DNA of 62,202 nucleotides, filler included, from Sphacelaria rigidula (GCA_964200075.2; 10 parts of 10 records of this genome joined end to end with filler, not necessarily neighbours in it); one strand, 5' to 3'. Shown: positions 37,446-51,668, counted from the whole stretch's first letter. Translations and numbers: made by a program. Notes: a model not told the origin generated them from the letters alone.

Positions 37446-39849
37446 GTGTCCTGGAAACCCCCGGATGTCTCGGGACTGTCAGCCTGTACAAGTGTTCTGT
37501 TCCGAGGCGACGCTCGTCGTCTAAGGGTTAACCGCTATTCTGGGTCCTGCAAAACCGTCTAAAATCCCGTCAACTCGGCATGAGAGCAGCCTTGCGTTCG
37601 ACAACATGCAATTTCGATAGCGTCATGTGTGGCCGCTGTATACAGCAGTACAGTATTACCGTAGTAGACCCAATTGCATGACTACAGCTGTGATAGTGCA
37701 CAAGAGGCTGCGAATGTAGACCAAGACGTGTACTCCGACGTGAACAAAAATCATGAAGAGAACTGTAGCCCTCCCACCTGGCTAACACCGTTTCACCATT
37801 TAGATACGTGTGCACCACAACTGCTGGAGACCCCCTTTCACTGTACGCCACGGCATCTCACGTGTCTGGTACAGCGTGAGTACTGTACTGCTGCGTGCAA
37901 CTTGGAGCATGGAGTTACACTTCGGCAAAACACAACAAAACAAGGTGTTCAATCAAATCTTGTGCATCGGGTGAAAAGCAGAATCGACTACGACGTGGAA
38001 ACCATGACCCTGATGTATGTCTGTCTGCCTTGCTGGTGGTCTAAAGGCGTACGCTGCGAGAAAGGACTTTTGTGTGTTTACAGTAGCTGTGTGTGTCGTG
38101 TGTTTACAGCAGCAGGGGCTCCGCAACTGCTGCTGCACCTCCGCTGTATTGGGCCATTCCTCCCCGGTAGGCTGCCGTCGTCTTTTATCAGAATCAACGA
38201 GCGGCTTCCGTGGGCATCGCTCGCACATGAAAATCTTGAGCTTTTCCCCACATCCACTCTATTATATCGACATTTGCAGAGTTTTTTATTACCATTTCAC
38301 TTGGTTCCAGAATTGGACAATACAAGTTGCAATTTTCACGGGTGGATCGCGGGTATTCCAGCCCTGCCGACGCGTGGTTCGCATCATAGTCAGTACTACA
38401 GCACTCTTTGTATTGCCGGTTAGAAGCACACAGTGTAAACTTTGTCGTATATCACTGAGCCGCGATACATTCCGTGTATTGAGTGCTTCCCCCCTCCGCA
38501 GTAATATGGACCCTTTGTCATCCGAGCGCCTCAGTGTGCTACGTTGTTTGCTATGCCTCCTTACCATTCTAATGTAGCTCGGTCTCTCCCAAGGGCGTTT
38601 GCTCCTCTACTGTTGACTGTACGAGCTGGGCCAGCCTAAGAACAGATTTAAGCTCTTAAAGCAATATCTCATCGACGTGGACGAGTTGGGCCGTGATCCG
38701 CATATCGTATTAATCGTCTAATCAAGGGGAAGGTGCACATCTGCTAAAAAATCTGGGCCCATATTTTCCTGTTGATTTAACCCCATGTCTAGTAATTCCT
38801 ACACCGTACGGAGATAGCGTCCACACTAAAGTCTACATAAAACCCCGAACGATACATTCAGCGGATGATGACGATTTTTGGTGTGGACCTTCCCTGGAGC
38901 AGGGGGAGACGATAGATATCCTCACCTTAATCTAATTCGTAATTTATCTCGAGATCTGGCGCACATAAGTTTCCATACTAAAATCAATATATTGGAGCAG
39001 AGGCACTAGATGAACTAAATTTGGATATCGCGTCTCAGTTTTTGAGAGTTGTGCTATGAAATTTCGTATGGAGAGCCGCTAGTGCATCATAGTATTAACA
39101 AAACAACTCTTCATCTTTTTTCGTTTCGTTTTTCATTTTTTTCGTGTTTTAGTGGAGTTTTGAGGATAAATGAACATTGCTCGTAGGACTCATCTCAAAC
39201 TTTCAGCTCAATTCTTAGAATGGAGGACTCATCTCAAATTGTGATTTTAAACTTAGCATGGAGGACCACGAACGTGTGCCGAACAAAAAGAAAGTGGGCC
39301 TTCAATTTTTTTTTCATAGATGTTGGGGCGTTCTCATAAAAAAAATGGTATTCACGATACTAAAATGCCCTAAACCAGCGGAAAAAAATGAAGAAAAAAC
39401 AACCTGACCCACACAAAATTTCAATACCCAAAAACCGAACGTGGGCCGGTGAGTGGCCTGCGAAATACTGTTCCGAATTTCCACCGACCCGGTTTTCAAA
39501 AGGCGGATGCGCCGCTTTTACCAGCGCCTACCGCTTCGCCAACGGTGCAGTGAGGATGGCATTAGATCGCCTGCAAAAAAGATCGCGATAGACGGAATGC
39601 TCGTGCTGAACACGTCAATTGCTGCCTGCCTACACCAGGATTGCTGCATCTCGCAGCAGTCCTGTTAAAACGTTCGCGTCCCCTCGAAGTAGACTCCATT
39701 AACCCCTTGATCACGGTGCGGGTAGTCCGTCTGGGTCGCCCATACTCAGCAGGTGGCCTACCGTTGCGGTCTGAGGGTTAGCGACTTCCGAACGAATTCG
39801 AATATTCCCTCGCGTCCTTGTATTCATGCCTGCATACATTCATGTACAG

Positions 39850-40077
39850 AGCTCTACCGTGGTACCAAGTGAAACTGTGGTGACAGAGATGGAAGGCGGG
39901 GTGACAAGCACTACGGAACCAGCTGTAGCCGTAGCGACAGCGATGCCCTCCGCTGACCTGGAGAAGCAAGTTCTGGCCACCGTGCCGACCGGTGGGGATG
40001 CTGAAAAGAAGGCGGGTAGCGGTGATGCAGAGGGCAACAAGAAGAAGGAGGAGGACAAGAAGGAGAAAACGGCTCAG
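39850..40077 (+). CDS. 5' exon of ABCB (P-glycoprotein/MDR-type) transporter; N-terminal extension
   Basis: tacag|AGC...GCT CAG|gtttgt; SSTVVPSETVVTEMEGG...KKKEEDKKEKTAQ. In-frame ATG at 39889 may be the start; phase 0 joins the next exon. Confidence 0.7.
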
Positions 40078-40817
40078 GTTTGTGCTTCGAACTGTAGCTA
40101 GAAAAGGGGCAAGAAGAATTAAGTGCTAACGGGACACTTTCAATCATTCAGGGTACAAGGGCCCTTTTTACCCTTCGGTGTCGACGCCCCCGCAGGTGAT
40201 CTCAGATGGCCACATTTTGGGGTTCAAAACACGCTGTTTTTAACGAAGCAAAACGCCTTTTTTTCATAAACATGTTGCGAGAATGTGGGATCGTGAAGCA
40301 CAGCGGCATGAACGAACTAAACATGTCCGCAGGGGCCAATCATTTCTAGTCCTATCATGTATTTAATTATTATGTATATACATTTATGTATATTTTCTAT
40401 TCATCTTTCGCTCCACTCCTTTTCTGCTGTGTTTACTTTTCTTGTTGACCCCCCCCGCCCTCCCCCCCTATATATCTTCCCCGTTACACGCCTTGAATTT
40501 TGGTTTCGCCGGTTGGATCAGCACTCCCGCATCGCGTCCACTGTCGTCAAACCAACTCAAACTTTTGGTGCTACGCATGTTCTCATGCTTATCGCTTTCA
40601 ACACTTCCAACGACGGAAATTACTTCTTAGAAAGACCCAAAGAAGTCGAACCCTCGTTTTCCCGGCCCTGATTGTGTCATTTGTACCGTTTTAATTAGAT
40701 CGCCGGGGCGCGGTGGCTGGAACTACAACTATTCAACTATTTTCATCTCTTATGAGGCGTTGGCCCGACCCCCTCCTCCTCTTTTTTCCGCACTGCGTTT
40801 TTTCAACTTCGATGCAG

Positions 40818-40912
40818 GAGCAGGTGTCGGTTTCGAAATTATTTTCGTATGCTGATGGAGAAGACAAACTCCTTATGTTTATCGGGACTATCGCAGCTCT
40901 GGTTCACTCATG
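40818..40912 (+). CDS. ABCB transporter exon (elbow helix and TM1)
   Basis: tgcag|GAG...TCA TG|gtgagc; EQVSVSKLFSYADGEDKLLMFIGTIAALVHS, the LFxYADxxDxxLMxxG ABCB signature. Confidence 0.93.
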
Positions 40913-41594
40913 GTGAGCGGACGAATGAAGTCAGGTGTTGCTGTATTTCGTGATCCCTACTGCGCCGGTTGAGTTTGTGATGCACTTTAGGGTTTAGAAT
41001 CGTCTCATGTGTAAAAGCCCCCCCCCCCTCCCCCTCCGATAAACTAAATCGATTTGTCCTCAGAGAAAAGTTATTCTGAATGAGCGGCACATTCAAATAT
41101 CGACCCGAAACAAGCGAATCGTTCATCTTAATCAGGGTTTCCGTCACGTGTTAGCAGTAAGCAGGTTATAACGCATGACGCAGGTGTACATGGAACACAA
41201 AATGGAACCATCAGGCGCTGACTCAAGTTCCTTCAAAAGACTCGTAAAAGCGCAACTAATCACGGAATTACCCCCACCAATTGATCCTCCACCCATCACC
41301 CCCGCGCTTGCGCTCCCGTGGAACGCTTGGTCAGTTGTATGACATCTCAAGCCCCGGGTTATTGTCGGTTATGGCCCGGAATTCTCTTTTTTTTTCATCT
41401 CCTGAACATGCCATAAGCATTCATTCAAACTTCCATAATATTTTCATGTCTGGGGCTCTCTGTTGTCGCGGCAATGGTATAATCAAAATATGTTGAGCAT
41501 ATGCCACATTGGTGGTAATTGCTGATATTGATGACCTGGTCCCTCCTTTCCCCCCCCCCCCCCCCCGCGAAACCCGTGAATGCCCACCTCCTAG

Positions 41595-41790
41595 CATGAT
41601 GCCCTTGTTCATCATCACGTTCGGAGAGACTCTGGACGAACTCGGGGAGATCCCTGACCCTGACGCAGAGCCACAGACCCTCGCAGATTCTGTGGCAGAC
41701 TTCGTGGTCTTGTTTGCGATTTTTGGCGCGGTTGCTATGGTGGCCGGAGCTATAATGGTGACATCCTGGAGTGTCGCGGGGGAGCGTCAG
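41595..41790 (+). CDS. ABCB transporter exon (TM1-TM2)
   Basis: ctag|C ATG...CGT CAG|gtgatg; (C)MMPLFIITFGETLDELG...FVVLFAIFGAVAMVAGAIMVTSWSVAGERQ. Confidence 0.93.
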
Positions 41791-42447
41791 GTGATGGGGT
41801 GTCCTCGATATTGGGTCGTCGCTCGATACAGGCAGTCTTACATGATGAAGGTTTATCGGTGAGACCGTATCCATTTATATATTGAATATCTTCACTGGAA
41901 AGACATGTTCATTCGACATCTTCAGATCCTAAGCGATTCTAGGGTTCGGACGTGTGATCGACCATTACAACATGTACTCGCACAGCGCCGTTGGAAAATG
42001 ATGAATATACATGATACGATTTGAAGAAATACACATGCTGAGCAGTCGTCGGACCTTCTCTAGGCTGAAGGGTCTCGATGTTCATCTCACCAGATGCATC
42101 CTACACCGACAGTATCCTTGACGAATCTGATTGAAGCCTCACGCTAATCCAACCGAAATAGAATGAGTAGTCCGACTGGAACATGATATTTCTTCATGTA
42201 AAAAATGCAACAACTCCGGCTGCAACCTTTCCCAAGACGTTTGCGTGATACTTCATCCTCCTTCTAGAAAAATCTGTGACAAATGTGCATACAATCTTTA
42301 ACTCCTCCAACCTAGTTCAACGACGTGTTCGACTGCAGCCTTGTGTTCCTCCAACCCTAATCCGCACAAAATCCGGCTGCAACAACATCCTAGCACTCCT
42401 CGGAACCGAAATCCAGCCTCCTGACCTTGTTTTATCGAACGAAACAG

Positions 42448-42616
42448 GCGCTGCGCATTCGGCGGGCGTACGTGAGGGCGATCCTTCGACAGGACATCGG
42501 ATGGTTCGACGACCACCCGGCTGGGCAGCTGCCTACGGCCGTAACAGCCAACATGGCGAAGGTTCAAGACGGAATCGGCCGCAAGGTCGGCGATATTGTC
42601 ATGAACGGCCTCACCG
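42448..42616 (+). CDS. ABCB transporter exon (intracellular loop 1)
   Basis: aacag|GCG...ACC G|gtaagt; ALRIRRAYVRAILRQDIGWFDDHPAGQLPTAVTANMAKVQDGIGRKVG, with the ILRQDIGWFD motif. The rest of the gene is off the contig. Confidence 0.95.
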
Positions 42617-43612
42617 GTAAGTACATCCGTCGACGTCCACCCGGGCTGGTGTTTGAGGTAATACCGATGTGTGCGGGGTCATCGACAAAATGTTCTCACC
42701 GTGCGGACAGCATATCTAGTTTCGTATCGATTTCTACGGGGAACCTTCGACGGCGTTTGACCCCGACGCTGTAGAAGCTGATCGATTGATTTGATTGACA
42801 GTCGCACTTTGACTGACTGAGCGGTCGCTTTTTGTTTGCGAGCACAAGGCTCGATGACACAAACCTCTTGGCCCGCAACACTGAGTCCATCCGGGTCTTA
42901 CGCTTATGTTTCAAGTGAAGATGAAAATGTTCTCCATTCAAGAGAATGACCCACGCCGATGGCGAAAGGATTAATAGGTTGATCGCCGAGAGTTGAGGAA
43001 ATACTTGGTGCGAGAGCAATCTCACATGTGGAGGAGGAAAGTACATGCTGTCGGCACGCGTAGGGTGAAGTTCAAGAATTCACAGGCTTCGCGTTTGGAA
43101 TCGTTGAAGCGCAGAAGATACATTATTTTCGTGAGAGTCACACCGACAGGTAGTATTTCGAGCCTTGAACTCTCAAGCTTTTGGGATATTCACTGCCTGA
43201 GCATCCGTTCGTGATTACAATCGAGTACGCAACACGTTCGTATGGGCGACACGCGGGCTCAAAAATGACTCCTTGTACAGTAAATGTCGGTCAAACTGTT
43301 ATGGGCGCGCCTGACCCCCCAAACTGGGCAAAAAAAGTGTCACCGACCAAAATCACGAAAAGACACGAACAGATCGACTTTTGGGGCTTATTCAGGCTCG
43401 TCGGGTAAAATATGCCCAACGTCATCGGAAGAGAACGACATGGATCCAAAATTCATATAGAGAACCCTACCGTTACTTCCGTTGTTGTTCCACATATGCT
43501 CCATGCCACTGCNNNNNNNNNNNNNNNNNNNNNNNNNNNNNNNNNNNNNNNNNNNNTTAATTAATTAANNNNNNNNNNNNNNNNNNNNNNNNNNNNNNNN
43601 NNNNNNNNNNNN

Positions 43613-43995
43613 GGCACCGTTCCTACTCCAAATAGAGACACCTCCAACATTCTGGCGCTCATTACTTTCCTTCCGTAGCTCATTACGTTTCTTCCATACA
43701 TGACACAAAAACTGTTTACATATCTTCTGCCTGTCCTTTTTTTCCATCCGTGGCCATAATCTATCTCCTAGAATAGCCATCGCACCGGTGCCCCCTACTG
43801 TCTCTAATGCATCAAACGAATTCATGCCACCTTCGTCCACGTCCTGCCTTTCCCCCTCATTCTGCCACTACATGACTTCTACCCTATATCGCTTTGCTAC
43901 AGGGGTAATTCTGTGCATGTACTTTCTCGTTCTCTCGACTACTGGTATATCTCCTTCTTCCTGTCAGGTCCAGGTCCCTCACCCGAAAAGCATGT
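43613..43995 (-). mobile_element. Decayed 3' region of the same LINE family as 503-1290
   Basis: Minus: ...YPCSKAI*GRSHVVAE*...AMAILGDRLWP...NERQNVGGVSIWSRNGA; the tail is lost at the contig start. Confidence 0.75.
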
Positions 43996-44303
43996 ACCGG
44001 GGAGAGATGGGTTGATCCCTGGAGATCACGGACTCATCCCGAGGAAGGGAAGGGGTAAAAGGTGTGAAGCGGGTCAATATTCACTCGTGGACCGCAACCA
44101 AGGTTTCAACCGTTTCAGCCCCTTCGGCCTGCTGCGGCTCCTCAAGTCCCGTGGAGGATGTCGATATTGTAGACAAGGAAAACCTGAAAGGACAATCGGG
44201 TGATGTTATCCGCCATACGGTTTTGCCGCTCTCCAAAAAATTGGCGAGGCTCGAAATCCAGTCATACCGAGGGAGGCGCTAAAAGGGTTTGAAAAAGATC
44301 CTA

Positions 44304-44867
44304 CACCCTAGGTGATGACAAGAAAATACGATGTCAAAAAGTGTACTGCGTACAGTATATAGACTATTACGTCTTTTGCAGATCCTGAGATATCGGGTTA
44401 AACAAAAAATGAGGTTCAACTCCAAAACAGTGCTTTCCCTGACCCAAAGTCATGACAAATGACTTTCATACGGGCGACCTCATCCCTCCCGACCTCCGTA
44501 AGACTATTTTGGGGGACTTCTAGTCTTCCGTTCCCTGAAAGGATGTGTGCGAAAGCACATTTTTGCCTCGATTTCGGGGTGACAAAAGAGGCGTTTTTTG
44601 GCTCAAAAACTTGCTTTCGTACATACCCTTCGGGCGAACGGGAGGCGGGAAACCTCCAAAAATAGTTTCAGGGGGGTCGGAGGGAATGAGATCGTTCATG
44701 TGAGAGTCATTTATCATGACTTCATGTAAGGGAAAGCACTGTTTAGGAGTTGAACCTCATCCTATGTTTAACCCCATTTCTCAGTATCTCATGCTCATAG
44801 AAAACAGGTTCCACACTGTACGCAGTACACTTGTTGACGGTGTAATATTTCGTCATTATCCAGGGTG
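44304..44867. mobile_element. Nested MITEs: the 26252-family foldback (about 44380-44789) inside a CACCCT...AGGGTG MITE
   Basis: Removing the inner element restores gactattacgtcttttgca|atagaaaacag, which matches the intact copy at 45045-45181. Confidence 0.75.
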
Positions 44868-45425
44868 CGAAAGATTCAACATTTGAACTGTCAGTAAAAA
44901 CAACATGATGCTATCTATGCTACATTTGTACTTGTAGCCAGAAGTTATGGCATAGACGCCGCGATCCCGTACGAATGAGGCGCGAACCTTTTTGAGGGTA
45001 CGCATAGAGCCATGCATGTCAAACTATTAGGCCTACAATATATCACTCCTTGGACAATAGACCACACTGTCAAGAAGTGCACTGCGCATAGTATCGACTA
45101 TTGCGTCTATTGCAATAGACAACAGATTTCATACTGTACGCAGTACACTTCATGACATTGTTATCTCCGTTGTCCAGGGTGTGTGTGACATAGACCATCA
45201 CACACGCTGCAACCATAGGTATCCCTCCCGCTGTGCGTGTATGTGTACGTATATGCGTATGCCCGTGTGTTAATACGCAGCAGGCTGCTCAACAACAAGA
45301 CAACAACGCTAACGAAAAAATCCGGTAAACGTTTTTTTCCCCCACCGATATGGGACCACGAGTCCGAACCCTACAAAGCACGCAACAAGGACTACAAACA
45401 ACAGACAACCAACAACAAGCCGTAC

Positions 45426-45563
45426 CTCATGAGCGAGAACCCACCTGTCAGCGCAAATAATGAGCAGCACGGTGTTGAACGCAAGCTCCGGAACCGTCTC
45501 CGGGGGGCGCCGGTCGACAGTGACGATGACCGCTTTACCCTGGTCGTCCGGTTCACCGTCGCC
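45426..45563 (-). CDS. Candidate internal exon, unknown gene
   Basis: ggaag|GGC...CAT GAG|gtacgg; 138 nt, phase 0-0, GC3-rich codons; GDGEPDDQGKAVIVTVDRRPPETVPELAFNTVLLIICADRWVLAHE. Weak acceptor. Confidence 0.4.
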
Positions 45564-46820
45564 CTTCCAATTAATCGTTTGTTCATTTGAAGACATCGGA
45601 ATCAAGCACGCGCGAAGGTAGGGAGGCAGTTAAGAGGTCAGCCACAGATGGAGCGAGGGAGAAGGGCGGGGGGTCAAGATCGATCAAGACATCGCCTGCC
45701 CCCACGTGCAAGACGAGAGACATGGTGTACGTGCAGTATCCCCGGGGGCCAAGGACCGTCCGTCAACACGGGGTGTACCAGTTTGACATTGCTTCGTAAG
45801 GTAGAGGAAGGACACAGCTGCAGACATGTACAACAGTAGCCATAACGCATAACACAAATATATTTTTTCTAGTGTTGTTGAGGTATGCTCATGTGTCACA
45901 GACATGATCAGACGTCTGGGCGGCTGACAACAAGAAAATCTATATCAATCAAGGCAAAGGGAGTGACTACGCATGTGTGTGTGTGGGGGGGGGGGGCAAG
46001 CTCATCGGAGATGATACAGCGCAACACAGTATATTCCGTGTCATTGCTGTTGTTGTTAATGTTGATGTTGATGTTGATGTTGATGTTGATGTTGATGTTG
46101 ATGCTGCTGCTGCGGCGGCTGTTTTTCTTCATTCACGTCTTCAGATTGCTCCGTTCGTTACACGTACATAGCTCGCTCTTTCATCTTCTCTTCATTTCCT
46201 CATCTTTGCCTTTTTGTCGAATTTTCTTCAGCAATCAATCAATGCTTCACCCAACCGATCGATCGATCAACCGCAATGAAATGACGTACTAAGGAGTATA
46301 CTTCATTTTTCTATTTCTTACACGCCTTGGACAAAATACAATATATGGTCAATAGTTACAACAGGCCTATACTTCAAGCAGTGTATTTCTTGTCTATTGC
46401 AACTATTGGCCATATATTGTCCGAGGTGTAAGTTTGTCGTTATTGTTGTTGTTGTTGTTGTTGTCTTCACATTAAAACCGTTCCGATATCTGCGCGGTAC
46501 ATCCGTACTATGCATCTGATGCGGACGCCTTCCGTGGTCACAGGATAGCTACCTAAAAAAAGGTATGTGGAAATCAAACAAAACATTTTTCCATTGCTCT
46601 TTTTTTCTTGTCGTACTTTGAACCCCTCCCCCTTTTCGGGACGAGTCCGTGGTCTCATGGAATCAACCCATCTCTCTCCCGGGCACTTATCTCGTACAGT
46701 ACAATTTGCCAGTACAGCACACGGAGTTCCAACACAGGGCGTGACTGCACCAACACCTTGCGCCCGTGATACTTATCCGCACATTGTCACTTTTTTGGCT
46801 CTGGACTCTTACCCGCTCTC

Positions 46821-47306
46821 GGGTTATTTCTTTCGGTTCGTATTTTGTTTGACTCGTTTTCCCCACTTTTAGGACATTTGACAAGGTTTTTGACCCCCAA
46901 ACAGGGAAAATCGCCACCACACGTCCTGGACACTTTGTATCACCCCACCGAGAGGAGCACAGCCCACTTTTCCGATTCACTTGGGTCAGAGATTTCGAGA
47001 GCGGCCTCTGGACAAAAATACGAGGAAAACATATGTTGCACAGTCTGTAAGTGTTCTCACAGTCTGTACCTACAGACTGTGCAACATATGCTTTCCTCGT
47101 ATTTTTGTCCAGAGGCCGCTCTTGAAATCTCTGACCCAAGCGAATCGGAAAAGTGGGCTAGGCTCCTCTCGGTGGGGTGATACAAAGTGTCCAAGACGTG
47201 TGATGGCGATTCTCCCTGTTTGGGCCTTGTCAAATGTCCTAAAAGTGGAGAATACGAGCCAAACGAAATACGAGCCAAACGAAATACGAACCGGAAGAAA
47301 CGGCCC
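46821..47306. mobile_element. Foldback MITE, Harbinger-like termini
   Basis: ~230-bp inverted arms centred near 47058-47081. The right end aaccggaagaaacggcc also occurs at ~31268-31282, followed by TTA. Confidence 0.75.
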
Positions 47307-49924
47307 CACACTCTTTTATTCTTGTCACAACTCAAACCCTTGGCAAGTGTAGATCGTCCGGTAGGGTATATGCCCAATATTTTGGTATTTTGAGAAGTGG
47401 AAATCCGACCCACGCCCACAGCAGCAGCCAGCCCAGTGCTGTTATTCCTCGAAAGCCAATACAAGTAACTGTAACTGACTTAGACACGTCATGTGTAACG
47501 TATTAAGAATACTAAAATGTCGGGTATGCCCTATCCGACCTGCCCTTGGAACCCTTCCCCTTCTTCGGAACGGGTCCGTTGGCTCGAGGTATCATCCCAT
47601 CATCTCTCCGCCGGGTACGAATGTTGAGATACCCATGAGGCGGTGCAAAAGCCGTGGTTGTCCCTGGAAGTGGCGATATCAGAAAATAAAGCAACTCATC
47701 GGACGCTGTCATCCAAACGCAAGATAATCAGTACGCTTCGGGCCGAACAATCTTAGCAGGATGCAGCTCACCCTTGATGCGACTCGCCCAACACACCACG
47801 GCGCTTCGTGCTCTGTGACTGAGTGCGAGCCTGGTCCGACAAAAAATCAGCGTGGCCCGTCCCGGCTTTGTAGGGATGCGAGGTCAATGGTCTGTCTTAT
47901 GGCGATGACATGCAAGATCATGAGTACAGCCCCCCCCCGGTACACGCCTTGTATTTTGATCTCGCGGATTGGCCCAGCACTACTTCCGTACCGCGTTGGC
48001 CCTCGCCTGAAAAACTCAGTCGGATACGCTCTGATTGTAACCATATCCTGGACAAAAGGATCGGCTCAGCTTCAGACGCAACTTCGTCCTAACTGCACTA
48101 GGGCAAGTGCGCGAGAGTCTCTATCTCACTCTAGTATGCCGAGCTAGAATTTTTTTGTCCACTCCTACCGTGGCACGGCCCCGGGTAATATATGTGACGA
48201 AAACAAGCCAGTACTTCCGTCTGCTTGTTTGCCTTCGGCACATCTAACTTGTCAAACAACCACACCCTTCACATTAGCAAGAAGTGTAATGCCTACAGTA
48301 TCGAATATGTTGTACACTGCAATCAACAGTAGATTCGATACCGCACACAGTATTATGCACTATTTTGCCGATGTTGTCCATTGTCACTATCCAGGGTGTG
48401 CACACGAAACACGGGATTCAAAGCACGGGGTTTTACACGTTAAGAATGGTTTTTGTTTTTTAGGATAAATCTTGGGAACCTTCAGAGACATCGAAATATT
48501 TCCGAAATAAAAATGCAACTACATTCTTCGGCCATGGTGCGTGGCCTCGCTCATACTCAAAAGCAAATTTTTCTGCAATTTGTAAACATCCCGCGTTGAC
48601 AGGAGATTCTGACAAACGAGAACAATCATCTTGTACGGGAATGCAAGGAGGTCGAAATTATTCGGAATCGTCGCGGGAAATCACACATCGCGGATTGGAT
48701 TCTTCTGAGGATGAGTGAGGCGACACATCACGGCCGGAGAGTGAATTTTCATTTATATTTCGAAAATATTTCGATGCTTACGAAGGTTCCCAAGGTTCAT
48801 CCGTCACAAACCCATCCCCAATTTGTAAAATCCCGTCTTACAACACGACTGATTCATAGCGTGGGTCAGTTGGCGTGCCACAATGAATCAATCAATCAAC
48901 CCATGTCGGAAGTGCAGGGTCAAAAAGAAAAAAGAAGAAGATACACCTTGATCAAATCTCAACCCTGCTCCGGTGTTCTACTCTAGTCTGAAACACGGGA
49001 CAGGTGTCTTTTTCCAGGATAAGTGCTGCCCCCTAAGGTCCGGTGCTGTACTGCGTTACTGCAATATGTCCTTTTTATTTTTATTTTCCATCACCTGCAA
49101 CACACAACAGTACAGGACAGTACAGCCCAGCCTGCCATCGCTTTATTATTTGTTCTTCAAAAGGAGCGGACGAATCATTGCCGGTTCAAATCATCAAATC
49201 TACGATTTCTGGGACCTGGTAATGACTCGAAAGAGGAAAAAAAAAAATGACCGTAGGTAAAAAATGTCTTAACGCAGATGTGGTGCAATTCCACGTGTCT
49301 CGGGTGTGCGTACCCGAGGTGCAACGCGGACAACAAAGCTCAAGGGTTCATCCTTCAGCAATCGAGCGTTCAGTTCATCCGCCTTCGGGTTACTGCAGTC
49401 AGGTTGTTGATTCGTCACCATGGCTGGAAGCGGACCGGCGAATGTACGACGCTGATGAATGAATAAATAAATGGATGAATGGATGAATGAATGATTGATC
49501 GAATGAACGAATGAATGATTTGATTGATTGATTGTCGCACTTTGACTGACCCCCCAGGGGTCTAGCTTTGGTCTCATGATCGACCTACCCGTCAAAACGA
49601 AACTGAAACACGCTCTAAGGAAAAAAAAAAAAAGGAACAGAAGAAAATAGAAAAAAAAAAAGAGGGGTCGAACAGAAAGACATGAAAGCATTATGGAATG
49701 AATGAATTTGATTCAATAAAAGAAATAGAAATAGAAAAGAACNNNNNNNNNNNNNNNNNNNNNNNNNNNNNNNNNNNNNNNNNNNNTTAATTAATTAANN
49801 NNNNNNNNNNNNNNNNNNNNNNNNNNNNNNNNNNNNNNNNNNCAATCTGTCCTCTGACACACTTATCAGCCATTTTTTTCGTGCAATCAAATACCCCCCC
49901 CCCCCTATCGTAGGATGACTCCGC

Positions 49925-51258
49925 CGAATCCAGAAGCGGGTGGACACTTCCATACCGATCCACCAGTAGAAACGTTCGAGTAACGCTCATGTGCGCGTGA
50001 CACCAAGGTGGCAAGTCAGGTCAGTGTGGCAGCCTTTCATTACCCACGGTCGCATAAAAAATGGGACATATATCCGAGTGGGTTCATCGTCGAGTAGGCG
50101 TGCATGACGTCCAGTCCGCGCGGGTGAAGTTACACCCCGATGGGGCGTAGGGCGGCGGACAAGCAGTTCGATTCCGTCCTCAGTTGTGAAGATAGTACCT
50201 TTACGTGCGAGTTCGTACACCTCAGCGGCATTTGGTGGTGGCAGTGTGCCAACCGGGGCCAATGTATTGGCTGGAATAGGGGCAGGGCAGCCAGCACGGA
50301 GGTACCGCATGGTTGCGCGGCATAATGGCTCTTCGTGTTGATCACGAGCCCAATCACGATGGGAGTAACTGGCGAGAAATTCGCGCAGATGGCCTTCCGC
50401 CAAAGAGCCGACCAGACATGGTGGCTCAGGGAGCGGTGGAACAGGCGACGGGGGGGAAGTGCCAACGTCGATGTGACCATCGGAAGCATCAGAAGGGGTG
50501 GGCACGGACGGGGCCGCGGCGGGCGGTGTTGTCGAAGTAGTGCGCGCCGGAGATCGCGCTCGGCGCTTGTTGTGAGAATTGCGCGTGGCAGGTGTTGTCA
50601 AGGCCCGCGGTGCGGTGTCGCGGGGAGCCGGCCCTAGGCTGCTCGCAGGAGCAGTAGGTGTTGTTGGTGGCGGCGGGGCGCGGGGAGGGTTAGCGCGGGC
50701 GGCGGACCGAGAGTACGTATTGTCGGAAATGAGATGGACAATTGGAGGTGGCGAAACTGAAATATTTGCGCAAGGATCGATAGTACGGAAATCGGCGAAA
50801 TCGGCATATGTGGGTTTTAGCCCATCCAAGACTGCATCATACGGTAGGGGGCGAGGGCCGCACATGTGCATACCCGTCTGTGGGCAATGAAGGTCAAGGG
50901 CGTAAATGGGCGTTGAGAAACGCCGGATAGGGTACACGCCGGCTTCATCGGGTTCAAAGGTAACGTCACGTAAATGATATGGAAGTTGATTCCGCATGTG
51001 TAAAAAACTTGTCAAAGATTCTGGTGATGGGCGTTGCAGCACTGCAGCAGGGGGTTCGGGCGTTGACGGTGCAGGGTTCACGGTGTGGATACGTAGTGGA
51101 GACGAGGAGGTTACGTCGAAGTAGGGCTCATCGACGCAATTGACAGAACCGTCTGTCGGAGGCGCCGAGTTGGGCGTCGAGGGTTCAGTGGCACATGTTT
51201 CAAGTGGAATGTGCATGAGAGGAGCAGCAGCGATACCCAAAACGTCTCCGGGTTTCAA
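49925..51258 (-). pseudogene. Pol remnant ending in the integrase H2C2 zinc-binding region
   Basis: IYVPFFMRPWVMKGCHTDLTCHLGVTRT*ALLERFYWWIGME (in-frame TGA), then truncated. Confidence 0.8.
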
Positions 51259-51668
51259 GTTAGCATGACCCGTGAGGGGTAGATGCTGTTGTCCGGCGGA
51301 GACAAAGTGTTCTGTGCCGGCAGGCGCACCAACCCGGGGAAAAGTTCAGCGAGGTAGTGTCTCGTAAGGGCAGGCATGCTATTTCGGCGGACGAGGGCAA
51401 CTTCTAGCAGTTGAGGATCGTCGGAGAGGGTGACACCAGCAGTACCATCGTATCGGACGTGGTAAGCAGCTCCGGTAGCTTGTTCATTTTTTTAATAGGC
51501 CAAGGCGCCGGGAAGAGTACCGAAATGCTCAAGGTTGAGCTCTCCACGAGGCGCAGACTGTGGCGATAATGCTGGTAGCGTGCGGTAGGTGCATTGATCA
51601 AACCGCATATAACTATCTCGGCCCATGAGTAAGGCGTGAGCCATGGTGCTGTCGGGGACAACATATTT

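Noticed and set aside
37570..38577. 249-aa and overlapping ORFs as a gene or Harbinger transposase (minus-strand GFHVVVDSAF)
   Set aside because: Only one weak motif, with frames broken on the plausible strand and no splice or codon support; cannot be assigned.
47494..48200. Solo LTR starting TGTAACG
   Set aside because: No CA terminus with a matching TSD found, and no second copy in the window.
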